Shown here: in pieces, positions 12,514 to 24,500 of the stretch | How the letters are laid out: every line of letters begins with the position of its first letter | How positions within the stretch are numbered: position 1 is the first letter of the stretch | From: Eledone cirrhosa | Lineage: Eukaryota | DNA: 64,000 bases | Direction of reading: 5' to 3' | Assembly (NCBI GenBank): GCA_964016885.1 | Contig: OZ024742.1 | Location: 232,934,001-232,998,000, forward strand | Notes under the pieces: generated by a model | What the model saw: only the letters and a program-made list of their open reading frames with translations | Databases searched by the model: none | Told to the model about the DNA's origin: nothing | Translations under genes and position numbers: made by a program

Positions 12514-13176
12514 TAGTCAGTTCTTAGATATGCCAGCTCTGTGTTTATAGTGTTGATGGTATCAGAGCCTTGGGACATATGAGCTTGTTAGGAATAATTT
12601 AATGTTGTCAGCAGGAATAGTCTTGATTCTCATTGGTCAGTTTGTAGATGGTAGTAGGTTGGTATTTGACCTCAAAGAGGCAGGTGGTGTTGTAAAGTTC
12701 AAACCGTCAGGCAAGATGACAATAGTTCCATATGACTGATTTTCACAAAAGGCATTCCTGATCAGATATATATTCAAATAAGGTTAATAGTATGAAATAG
12801 ATACTACAGGTCATTCTTAAATTGAGGAATTTATATGGAGTGGTGCTACTGAAAAATATGGTTGGAGTAGAAAATTTACCAATAAAAAGACTTATGTAGG
12901 TTGGCTTGCACTACACTCACACCCACCTCCACAGACATACACACACACACATCCACACATACAAAATGTGGGGTGGTAATACTTAATATAATGGTTAGAA
13001 TCCTAATTGAGCAGGGAGGCCGCACCTCACAGGTTTATAGCCCCACTGTGGGCCGATATACCCCTCATGATAGTGAGGGTTATATAGGCCCACCGTGGGG
13101 CTATAAGAAAAACAGAGAATTTTCAACTGAGCTCAAAGAAGAACAGAGAATTTTCAACTGAGCTCAAATACAAATA

Positions 13177-13615
13177 TATTACATAGAAAGAAGTGTGTTA
13201 CACAGAGAGATGTGTGTAAAGAATTATTACATGTGAGTTTAACCGTTACTGTATGGAAAACAACACCTACAGGTTAACAATTAAATAGAAAGAACCCTAA
13301 GTCAGAATCAAATCTCCGAAGTAGAGTTTTAAATTACCAACCTTATAACTATAAGCTTGCTGATACGAATCTATTTCGTTTCGCCACTGAAATGTGTAGT
13401 GTAAAAGTCCACAGGTTCCTCAGTCAGCAAGTGTGGAATTGCCCGCCACACATCTAGCCTAATGGAAAGAGAGAACGCAAATATACACGCTGCCCAGAGC
13501 AGGGCGAAAAAACGTGTTATTTGCATCAAATAACGGCTCTCGTGAATTGAGGAAAATGCTAGAGAGTAATCTTTACACACATCTCACTGTGTAACACACT
13601 TCGCTCTGTGTAATA
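13177..13615 (-). mobile_element. Non-coding hammerhead module with about 50 bp terminal inverted repeats
   Basis: 13177-13230 is inverted at about 13565-13615; ends in (TA)n. Confidence 0.65.
13356..13431 (-). ncRNA. Type I hammerhead ribozyme with long stems I and III
   Basis: cuugcuga CUGAGGA ...(34 nt)... GAAAC GAA auaga UUC GUA ucagcaag; 8 bp stem I. Confidence 0.82.
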
Positions 13616-13796
13616 TATATATATATATATATATACATATATATAAATAATAATAATAATAATAATAATAATATTTATACTTATATATATAATCTATATA
13701 TAAGGGTAATATTGTGTATTATCCAATTACCAGTCAGATAATTAGCTCAATGTAAAATATCAGATATATTACAGGAGCAGAAATACAACATATATG

Positions 13797-13839
<43 letters not shown>

Positions 13840-13840
<1 letters not shown>

Positions 13841-14561
13841 CGGCATCCGGTGGCTGATAAAATACTTTACGGATTACACCTTGACCGTGGAATCAACCAC
13901 CATCCTAGGATTTTACCAACCATTCCACCACATCTTCTTACGGAATCACCTTTATGACTCACCCACACACACAAACATTTTTTTTTCCCACACGCCACCT
14001 ACTTAAACACCACACACACACGTGCGTTCCACCACATATTTACACATTCAGCCTCCGGATTCCTCTCCCCCCACCCCTCTATCCACACACGCATACACAC
14101 TCCGACCTACACCCCACCCAACACACACCTCTTCCTGAACATGCAACCCCGTTCTTCCCCCAACCCTTGCTTTCACATACACACACACACGTACACCTAC
14201 ACACACACACCACCTTCAGCCCTCCCCGCTCGGACACCCCGTCTCTCTCTCCCCACTCCACCCGCCACCACCCCTACACGCCCCACACCCTTCCACCACC
14301 TGTTTTACCCCATTTTAATTTTAATTTGATCATGCTTTTATTTTTAATTTCATTTGCACCGTTTCCTCCCACCCACTTTTTGCTATATGTCTCTCCACCA
14401 CTCCCCTACACACCCTTTGAACTCTCTTCCCACACACTTTTCACCTGAAGAAGGGCTTATGCCCGAAACGTCGTTCCCCACCACCACCCCACTCTCAAGA
14501 GCGTGAAATTAATAAACATTCGTTGTACTGCCTCTTTGTCTTGTTCCTGTTCAAATTTTCC

Positions 14562-14565
<4 letters not shown>
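13840..14565 (+). mobile_element. Penelope-like 3' end (ORF tail, C/A-rich UTR, hammerhead, AATAAA)
   Basis: WLIKYF...RGIN-like tail, then CTGAAGAAGGGCTTATGCCCGAAACGTCG and AATAAA; bounded by (TA)n on both sides. Confidence 0.6.
14439..14508 (+). ncRNA. Hammerhead-like motif (stem I interrupted)
   Basis: uuucac CUGAAGA a GGGC uuau GCCC GAAAC guc GUU ... gugaaa. Confidence 0.65.
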
Positions 14566-14633
<68 letters not shown>

Positions 14634-14660
14634 TACATATATACATACATATATATATAC

Positions 14661-14745
<85 letters not shown>

Positions 14746-14984
14746 CAATATATAGAGAAACACACAGATACATGCGGACACATACATACACATGAATATA
14801 TCCACACATATCCCTGAGTTAGTGGTACCAACCTCAACCGATGTTGCTCTATGAATAACTGGGACAGAACTATCCCAATGGATTAGACTGATTCAGTATC
14901 AGAGCTATAAAGTACATTATGAAGAGAGAAGAAACATTAGATATAATTAGTAATAAGATATATCATACCTAGCTGTTTCTATAG

Positions 14985-15078
14985 TCCCCGACTACGTAGT
15001 TTCGTGGCATATTATGCAAAAACACTACATCATAGAGATATAGAGCCCTTGTGAGGTTCTGCCGACTTATCAAGGGGA
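14985..15078 (-). ncRNA. Hammerhead ribozyme, U3-A8 variant (paralogue of 12205-12294)
   Basis: ucccc UUGAUAA gucggca...ugccac GAAAC uacgua GUC gggga; compensatory stem I change relative to the paralogue. Confidence 0.8.
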
Positions 15079-15106
15079 TATCTAATGTTTCTTCTCTCTT
15101 CATAAT

Positions 15107-15172
<66 letters not shown>

Positions 15173-15334
15173 GGTTAAACAAGGTTCAATGAATAAATCA
15201 ATGAATAAAGTTTAACAATAGATTAGAAGCACTCCACAGTGAGGATTTCCGGAGTTATTAATATTAATTCAAAATATTCATGGCATGACTGAATTTTAAC
15301 CATCAACATAGTCAAGGTATGTCAAGCATCAACT

Positions 15335-15400
15335 TATTTTATCTGATGAGGACGTACTGCTGAAATAGCTCAGTACCTCTGAAATATGTATAATAAAATA
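15335..15400 (+). ncRNA. Type I hammerhead ribozyme (AUA site)
   Basis: uauuuuau CUGAUGA ggacguacug...caguaccucu GAAAU augu AUA auaaaaua. Confidence 0.8.
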
Positions 15401-15486
15401 TAATTGATCACATGAATGTCTATATTTGTTAATATTTTTAATTAATATATATTGGCCTCGGCCGGATGGCTGAAACAGGTAAAAGA

Positions 15487-15525
<39 letters not shown>

Positions 15526-15553
15526 ATCAAAAGATGGTTAAATGAGTTCCATG

Positions 15554-15624
15554 TATTTTATTATGCGCATTTCAAAAACAAATATCATCATGCAATAACA
15601 TTTGTGTTTTCATCAGATAAAATA
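15554..15624 (-). ncRNA. Type I hammerhead ribozyme (left palindrome arm)
   Basis: Reverse-complement copy of 15739-15809. Confidence 0.8.
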
Positions 15625-15738
15625 GGAGGACATGATATGAAGGTTAAAAAACACTTGTGGATAGTGCAGTTTTAAATCAACATTTCATTAAAACTGCACT
15701 ATCCACAAGTGTTTTTTAACCTTCATATCATGTCCTCC

Positions 15739-15809
15739 TATTTTATCTGATGAAAACACAAATGTTATTGCATGATGATATTTGTTTTTGAAATGCGCAT
15801 AATAAAATA
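15739..15809 (+). ncRNA. Type I hammerhead ribozyme (right palindrome arm)
   Basis: uauuuuau CUGAUGA aaacacaaauguuau...augauauuuguuuuu GAAAU gcgc AUA auaaaaua. Confidence 0.82.
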
Positions 15810-16375
15810 CATGGAACTCATTTAACCATCTTTTGATCTTATATATTATGTATACTCCAGTCCTACAAACTGTAGAGCGGGTGATGTATTGTTTCCTTGA
15901 GCAAGACACTTTATTTCACATTGCTTCAGTTTACTCAGCTGTAGAAATGAGATGATAGGACTGGGGTCCCTATCATTCCACTGCAAAGTGATCGTGTAGG
16001 TGCCACGGCAAAAAAAGACCCAGCCCACACTGTAAAGTGGACGTGTAGGCGCCACGGTAAAAAAGCACCCAGCTTTCACTGTAAATGAGGTTGGTGTTAG
16101 GAAGGGCATCCAGCTGTAGAAATCAAGCCAGAATCAGTTCCCGTCCCACCCTTGCAAGCAGGGAAAAGCGGACGTAAAAATGATGATGATGATGATGAAT
16201 ATATATATATATACATTATGTATGAGCGAGACTCAGTCTCCCGACCATTCCCGCATCAAATGGAACAAAACCGTCTAACCCATGCTAGCGTGGAAGATAG
16301 ACGTTAAACGACGATGACTATGATGGTATATACACATATATGTATCTCTCTCTCTATATATAAATATATATATAT

Positions 16376-16423
<48 letters not shown>

Positions 16424-16714
16424 ACATATATAGACACATACACATGCACACAATGTATAGCTTGTATTTTTACTCTCAACTTGAACAAACACTTCCTAGT
16501 CACTCTTGCCATCAGAAATGCAGTGAACCAGTGACTGGCCCATTGAAAACCTGTAACCAACAATTCTGGATTTCTATCACAAATATTGACAACTAAAAAA
16601 AATTATTTCACAATTTCCTTTTTTGGTGTCTTCTGCATTCTGTCAGCTGGCACTATGAGGCGATCTAACACCTGACCAGTGAGATGTTAAACATTTGTCG
16701 TTTACATTCAGTAC

Positions 16715-17140
16715 GTATGTGATGCGTATGAAGGATGATAGCTGCATAAAAAGGAGCAGAGCACTAAAAGTCGATGGAAGCCTTGGAGTGGGGAAACCCA
16801 AGAAGACCTGGGATGAGGTGATAAAAGCTGACCATGCCCAATTACACCTCTCAAAGGTGACGACACAGGATCGTGACCTCTGGCGTCACGCAGTAATACA
16901 GAAGACCTGACTTCCCACGGGAACAAGCCGAAGCTGAAACAAATAGACAATATCCCCCCACTGCAAATGAGGTTGGTGTTAGGAAGGGCATCCAGCTGTA
17001 GAAATCAAGCCAGAATCAGTTCCCGTATTAGCAAGACAAGGTCAGCCGACCGGACACTGCCCACAGCAGGACAACCCGTCTAACCCATGCTAGCGTGGAA
17101 GAATGTACGTAAAACGGTAATGATGATGATAATGATGATT
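16715..17140 (+). mobile_element. RTE LINE 3' fragment with (GAT)n tail
   Basis: [12 protein letters not shown]...GKPKKTWDEVIK...DRDLWRHAV. Confidence 0.85.
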
Positions 17141-17233
17141 CAGGTGACAAGACTGTAGTAAATTATATTACCACTTTTTGACAGTTGTGTTAGTGAAGCT
17201 TTGATTACAAATCTATATTTTGTGAACTGTTTA

Positions 17234-17798
17234 TCTTTATTATATATATACAAGCAAGGATGTGTGTGTGTCTGTGCATACTTAAGGCTTTTACAATTAC
17301 CAACTGAATTTGACCAAATTTTCTGTGCACGTTGCACAGGTCGCTAAGATTGTCACATCACAAACATTTTTCAAATCGACCCACGTTGAGCAATAAAAAA
17401 TCGATATCAAAATTATCGGTAGCAAAATTGATGTAAGGGAGATAACCAACTTTATTGACAATCTTTATAAAAAAGGGAGATAACCAACTTTTTAGAAATA
17501 TAAACATCACATTCATTTGAAGATAAAACACTAATATTATCGTTTGTTTCTTGTTTATTCTTTGTTGCACTTTCGTTGTCTTTAATCATTTGTATTTGTG
17601 TTTGTGTTCAGTGTTTTCCTTCATTATCAGCATAGTTTTATGTGTACAAAGATTGCACTAAATATTCGTTTGCATTAATTATTGAAGACTTCTGCTTATT
17701 TTGACAGGTTGGGGACAAAAAATGTTCTTCTTTTACTTCCTAGCTGTATATTCTTAGCATAATTTCAAACCCCGAGCAACGCCGGGTAAATTTGCTAG
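17234..17798 (+). mobile_element. Non-autonomous Helitron
   Basis: A|TC start, subterminal hairpin CCCGAGCAACGCCGGG, CTAG|T end (AT target). Confidence 0.75.
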
Positions 17799-19129
17799 TA
17801 ACTTATAAATATAACATTATTTTTGTGACTATTGTCATTTCTAGTGCAGTTTGATATATAACTGTTGTCATGTATGAGTAATGACCCATCCCAGAGTATT
17901 GTGTATATTACTCAGCTACTTTAGAATGTGACAATAAGCCAGTCTTTAATACAGGAAACAAGAGAGATTAATGAAAAAAAATATATATAATGCAGAAAAG
18001 TGAGAAAATAAATTTAAACATGAACAATTGAAATGAGATAAAATTTAAGTTAGCCTTCCATAATGAAGAAGAATGTCTTTGGAGTTGTTGATGAATGACA
18101 GACTGGTCTAAGATTAGTATAAAATAGTTCACTTTATAACCACATGGTTCAAGGTTGGTTCCCACTGCATGGCAACTTAGGCAAGAAGGTTCTATTATAG
18201 CCTTGGATTGACCTAACACCTTGTGAGTGAAATTTGGTAGATAGAAACATGTCACATATATATATCTATAAGGTTATTCATGACCAAAGAGGGTCTTTAC
18301 TTTTTTTTAATGTATATTATATCATATATTATATTTAAAAAAAAGTAAAGACACCCTTTAGTCACAAATAACCATGGTACTTACACCTAGAAAGTTCTTC
18401 TCCAAGGCACAAGCCTAGGCAAAGCTGTTTGTGGATGACCAGCAGTCACTCATGCATACCAGACTCCCTTCCCTATGCCATTGATGTTGTCCAAGAGAAA
18501 GGCAAAGGTCAATACAACTTGGCACCCGTGATGTTGCAACTCATGTAAACTAAACGACTAATTGTTTTGTTTTTTTAAATCAAGGGAGACAGCCTAGAAA
18601 AATTACCGATCTCCTACCCCACCCTATTATTTGGGACCCAAGAGTACAAAAAGAATCTATATTTCAAATTTGCTTGCTTGTTTGCAGCACCTTGCCCTTT
18701 AGTTAGTTAGAGAAAGGGAGAGATGGAGTGAGTGAAAAAGGAGAGGTGGAGTGAGAGAGGGAAGAGGAGGGGAAATATATATTGTTTGACTTGTGGCTGT
18801 TGAGGTTTCATTAAAAAGGTGGGGTGGAGGAATTTTAAGTACATAATTTTCAACCCACACTTGTTGAAAACAACATGCCATGTGGTATATTGCTTTTTTA
18901 TCACTCTATCTCTCTCTCTATCTTTCTATTCTCAAATACTCTTGAAACAAATTTTACAAAAACAAATTCATGTAATAAATATATTTATTTATTTATCTTA
19001 ATTATAAATTGGTCAAAGAAAAAGAAAGCAGTATTGAAAAGGACTATAAATGCCATAAATGAGAGGAAAAGCAAGGACTATTAGACAAAGGAAGAAAGAA
19101 AGGGGGTAGGGAGAAGGTGACAGACTTTA

Positions 19130-20200
19130 TACTTAGGTCAGAGCAGTATTTCAGCTGCTCCCCCACAGACAAGATACCAAATGCATTTTCCTGGACAATG
19201 ACTAGCGACACCCTCTGCAACAGCTACCTCACCTTGCGGGGCTCCTACCTCAGACGGGTTGCTATTGATCCAATTTTACGGAGGAGGTGAGCTGTCCAGG
19301 GTCCGAGGACACCAGAGGTCTTGAAGGCAGCCGGTGCAAAGAGGAAGCAGCTGGACAAGCCCTGGTATTGCTTGTCTTCCTGTCCTCTGCATTGCAGGGG
19401 TTTGTGGCCAAAATGACTAAATTGGAGGTGGAGAATGTGTCATATCATGTCATGTTCCAGATGAGGGATTTACCTCTGAAAGGGAAGAGAGTAATTCCAT
19501 TGCTGTCTCCATAGTTGAGGCCTGTTGGCTGTGATGGGAAGCCAGCTGTGTCGAGGCTTCTTCTCATTATGTCGTTGAAAGTGGCACGTCGGGAGAACTG
19601 GCCTGTGCTCTGGTGGTATGATAATGGGTGCAGGCAAAACTCATCGATGACAGCTGCACAACTGCGTTTATGTGGCTCATACACATGGAGGCTGAGGCAT
19701 TGGGCCACCCCTATGCAAGTGCACTTGTCATCAAGAAGGCTACTGGTTGATGAGGAGGGCACCAAATTGAGCCATGTGCTGCTGTTTGGCTGCGTGGTGG
19801 AATGGGTGCAGGTGAGGTGGTGTTGGCCCAAGCCAGACTCTATCTGCCTGAAGGTAGACCTGCATTGATGTCACCCCAGTTACATTGGATATTTGTATAC
19901 TGGGGGACGGAGAGGCCTTCGCTGCTTTAGTTGGCCAGCGCCTGTTCCAGTTCTTGGGCCGCATCAGGTTTTGCTGTCTTGCTGAGGACCTCGCTGGTGA
20001 GGGTGTGACTGGAGGAGATTGGGGACAGGTAGGCCGGCAGTGCCAGATCTGATGCGGATCAGAGGTCGAGGTCACCGAACTTCACAGGGAGTTTCGCCTG
20101 TTGCCAACCAGTGCTGTTGAAACTATCATTGCAGATGAGTCCCACACAGCATTGGATAGTGGCACCAAGTTCACCAAGGTGATCTGTGAGAGGGTAACAA
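19130..20200 (-). mobile_element. Degenerate, scrambled CRE-like element (REL endonuclease region)
   Basis: WLNLVPSSS...LLDD, FNDIMRRSLDTAGFPS, GITLFPFRGKSLIW, QRVSLVIVQENAF; GWQQAKLPV near 20100 matches the copy at 1940. Confidence 0.75.
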
Positions 20201-20777
20201 GGTACACCTTGCAATATGAACAATATTTGTTAATTTTAAATAATACTGAGTGGATATTTATTATATATTTTGAAGTGTTTAGAATAATATTTCTTTTACA
20301 TATATATTGTCTTTATAGCAGTAATATAGACAGACAGTCTATAACTATAAAAACTATGGATTCACAATAAAGACAGTTGCAAGCTGTTCGAGAAAGGATG
20401 TACAGTTATAGAGCATGGATGAGATGAGGCAGGAACAGCAAGCAGTAATAGAAAGAGAAAAAAGACGACACCAACAGAGAAGTGCAGAAATGAATGATGA
20501 ACAGAGGAATGTCGTTTTCGAGTAACCTAGACTAAGACAACAGGAGAGAAGAGATAATATGCAACATTTTTCATTCTATGGAATTATATATATACAAGAA
20601 AAGATTTTGAAAGAAAGTACCAATATGTATAAAAGCATAAAGAGAACAAACTTATTTAATAATTGATAAGATTGGCATACCAATTGAAACCAGTTGATAA
20701 ACCTCAAATTCGTTTAATGTAACAAACATAAAAATATTTATTTTTTAGGATTGAAGAAAAAAAAAAAGAATCTTTAA

Positions 20778-20998
20778 CCCTTTAGCATTTACATTACTCT
20801 ATATATACTATTATATTTTCATGGTAAAGGCTTTACCTCACAAAATTTATCTCACATAATATTGAATCTATGAGATTTTGATATTCGTTATTTTGAGAAC
20901 AATACCTTAACATCAGTATGAGCAGCCAGTTACAACCAATTTGAATAGAAAAAATGAGAGGATTCTGGCCGGATATGGCTGGTTTAAATGCTAAAGGG
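20778..20998. mobile_element. piggyBac-type MITE (second, truncated copy at about 25040-25260)
   Basis: TTAA|CCCTTTAGCATTTA ... TAAATGCTAAAGGG|TTAA. Confidence 0.85.
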
Positions 20999-21336
20999 TT
21001 AAATGTGTGTTTCTGTGTGTTTCCCACTTTTACTTTTAACCTATAAGCTTTGATATGTATGGAACTTTACAACTGTTTTAACTATATATATATATCATCA
21101 TCATCACCGTTTAACGTCCATTTATGTATATATATATATATATATTAGTAAAAGTAGGGATCTACTGTGAGCTCAGCAGTTTTAGCTAGTTACCTATTCT
21201 ATATATAAATATAAACTGCTGTAATAAAAATTACAGCAAGAGAAGAGATCAGATTTTTAATGAAATAATACATGTGAAACAAAACAATACAAAATATTAC
21301 ATCAGTAAGTAACATAATATAAAATAATGGAAATAG

Positions 21337-21543
21337 TCATTTTTTAGCTTTTGTCAAGCTAGGAGCTTTAAATGCTTTATGTACAGAAGGAGATGAGTGA
21401 CAGGCTAAAGGTGATAAACTGGATGCAGTGCCGTATGCAAGAAGTTTGGAGATTTTCAAATGTTGAGAAACTTTCTGAGCTTTCACAGAATCCTCTGAAG
21501 ATTGGAAAACATTCTCTTTAACTTGATATTTCTGTTCTATGCC
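21337..21543 (-). CDS. BRCA2: BRCA2 last coding exon with TR2-like motif ([36 protein letters not shown])
   Basis: Polypyrimidine plus cccag acceptor, TGA stop; SP and AFxxP motif; ATTAAA on minus strand at 21256-21261 is a possible polyA signal. Confidence 0.88.
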   Translation of the reverse strand, partial: GIEQKYQVKENVFQSSEDSVKAQKVSQHLKISKLLAYGTASSLSPLACHSSPSVHKAFKAPSLTKAKK

Positions 21544-24500
21544 CTGGGTGAGAGAGAAAAGAAAAAAAAATTCGAATATTGTTGCGAAAGAATAATAAAA
21601 AAAAAAATGCATAAATAATAAACTGGTATATTTGAACTAGTGTCTTGCTAATGTTTGCAGAATTTTGAATAAATCTTTTATTCATATCACATGGGTAGGG
21701 TGTTGTCCATTCCTGGAATATCGTAGAGTTAATTAGTTGTGATGTTGCATGTTCCTACTTAAACTAGAGTATATGTATATGTATAGAGGTGCTGTATAGA
21801 CATACAGAATTTCTTGAAGATTTTAAGCCTGGCAGAGCCCAGGCCTGAGTACAGCAGATTTCTTTCAGAGTAATGAGAGAGGAAGTGAGAAAGAGATATA
21901 GAGGAACAATCAAACCCAGTACTAGACTGGTACTTTTTTTTATATCGACCTTGAAAGGATGAAAGGCAAAGTTAACCTCGGTGGGATTTGAAATCAGAGC
22001 TGGAATGAATACCATAAAGCATTCTATCCGACGTTCTAACGACTCTGCCAATTCACTGCCTGTATATATATATATAAACTAATTCATTTCAGAAATTCAG
22101 ACAAAAAGTAGAGTTTGGAATTGTTTAAGCAGCATTAATTACATATAAAAAAGAAAACAGAAATATATAAAAAGAAAAAGAAAAGGGAACTATATCAATC
22201 ACTATCAAAAAAGACTGTCACATAATACTTGTGTAGGTTCTAACTTACATTTTGTGTTTTAATGTTAAGGAAGGAATGGTTTTCTGTAAGTTTCAACAAT
22301 GAGTATTCCAGTTGAAATTAATATGTTAAGTGGTTGAGTATTCCACAGGCATGTGGAATACTCAACCACTTAATGCACGACAAGGCTGGCCCTTTAAATT
22401 ACAGACCCAGTCCATCTGATAGGCTTCCAAACAGTTTCTGCCTACCCAGTTTCCTTCACAAGGCTTGGGCCAACCTGAAGCTATGGGAAATAACACTTAC
22501 CTAAGATGTCCTGCAGTAAAACCAAACCTGGGACCTTATGACTGCAAAGTGAACTTCTTAACCATTTAGCCATGGTGTGTCTGTCCACTTTGATGTTAAG
22601 GCATATGTAAGAAGTACAAACATTTTAAAGAGAAGGTAAATTATAAGCTAATAATAAAGAAAGCATTGTACCTGAAGATCTAAAGACAAGTTTTCTAATT
22701 CAAATTTCTTGTAAGCTGCAGAAAGAAAACCTTCTTTTACCTGGTAATATGAAAAAATATCATTATTTATTTTTTTTATTATGCAAACAAATATATTACA
22801 TATTTCAATGAGGATTTCTGTTTTATCATTCATTTAGCAGAACATTTAGAAGTTAAATTATTTTAGTAATTTATTTTTTTACTGATTTTATATGTTAAGC
22901 AAGGACAGTTTAATTTGAAAGTTTAATTTGCTTATATTGACTTCAAGTACATTGTCTGGTACTTATTGCACCTTCTTATCAAAAAAGAAAGACAAAGTTA
23001 AATGGGAGTAAAGCAATTGAATCAAATAGAACTAAATATTTTTATTCATGCATGATTCTACCATACCTCACCAATATATATACATTGGCCATTATCAAGG
23101 TAGAGCACTATCTTGATAACAGTCACTAGCCAGAAATAATTGTTGATAATTACCCTCTCCTGCTTCTGCTGGAATTAGCTAGATGGCGCTAGCCACCAAC
23201 TTCCAAAATTCAGAGCTAAAAGGCTTTCAAATGTTTATTTGTAAACATACCGTATAATCATTAAATATACAAAACACACACACATATTTATATATATATA
23301 CGCACACACCTATCATCATCATCATCATTGTTTTTTTATGTCTAGTTCTCCCTTTCAGCATGGGTTTAGTTGGAAATTTTGAGACATTTTACAGCTGGAT
23401 GCCAACCCTTTTGTTGCTTCTTATTTTTATGATGACAAAGGCAAACATTGTTTTAAATCTTGTTATACTGCAGTAACAGTCATTGATTCCTAACTGATAC
23501 AAGACCACAAATTTGGGCGAGAGAGTATAATTGATTAAATTGACCCCAGTATCTGACTGGTACTTTATTTTAACAATCCACAAAGGATGAAAGGCACAGT
23601 TGACTTAAATGTGATTTGAGCTCAGTACTCAAGGGTTGCAATTAAATACCACAAGGTATTTTGTGCAACACTCAATTCAGCCAGTCCACACAGTAATAAG
23701 AATTATTGAGAAGAAGACAAACCTTTAAATCTTTCAGTTGACTTATACACTCTTTCATATGATTAGATTGTGGATTTAGAGTGAAATCAGAGATCTCAGT
23801 GCTAGCATCAACAGTAACTGAATGTGGTCCATCATGTTTGCACTTTAATAGATTCATTGCAGCAAAAACAACTCCTTCTTGCAGTATACCATCTAGTGAA
23901 AATACCTAATATAAAAAATAAATAAATAATATACATTATTGTATTCTAGTCAATAATGTAAATAATTTACTTATTAACATTATCATTATTTTCAAAAGCA
24001 GTGTCTTTAGAAATATGGTAATGAAAGGGTTAAACATATAACAGAAAGAAGCGTATAGAGTATGTAGAAAATAAACATAATCATACAATAATTTTAAAAT
24101 ATATATACTGCTACTTTTGGGATGTCAAGCATAACATAATTTTTATTTAAAAAACTACTTCACTGTGTCTACTAAAATCTACTAGAACACTACAATATAC
24201 TATCATTCTTTAACACATTTAACTTGTTATAATATAAGGACATACTCTTCTGAGATGACAATAGTATTAAGTTTCTCATTAACAGCTCCAGATGGGTGGT
24301 TGTCTCACCACCACCACCACCAACAACAAGATTGTGATTATTATCATCTAATTATATCCTCTAAACCACAGATGTGTGTATTACCTGCTTATGTGTTGTA
24401 TGTGGTCCTAGATGTATGTATTACCTGCTTATGTGTTGTATGTGGTCCTAGATGTGTGTATTATCTGATTATGTGTTGTATGTGGTCCTAGATGTGTGTG

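Larger units (their letters stand above)
15517..15846. repeat. Apparently perfect palindrome, about 159 bp arms, 12 nt spacer
   Basis: 15517-15675 is the reverse complement of 15688-15846; ORF track gives identical peptides on both strands. Confidence 0.95.

Noticed and set aside
14457-14837. YIYIYI and HTHT ORFs here and elsewhere
   Set aside because: Translations of (TA)n and (CA)n microsatellites.
16474-16552. Minus-strand AG...GT segment as an exon of another gene
   Set aside because: No recognisable homology or partner exons; weak donor.
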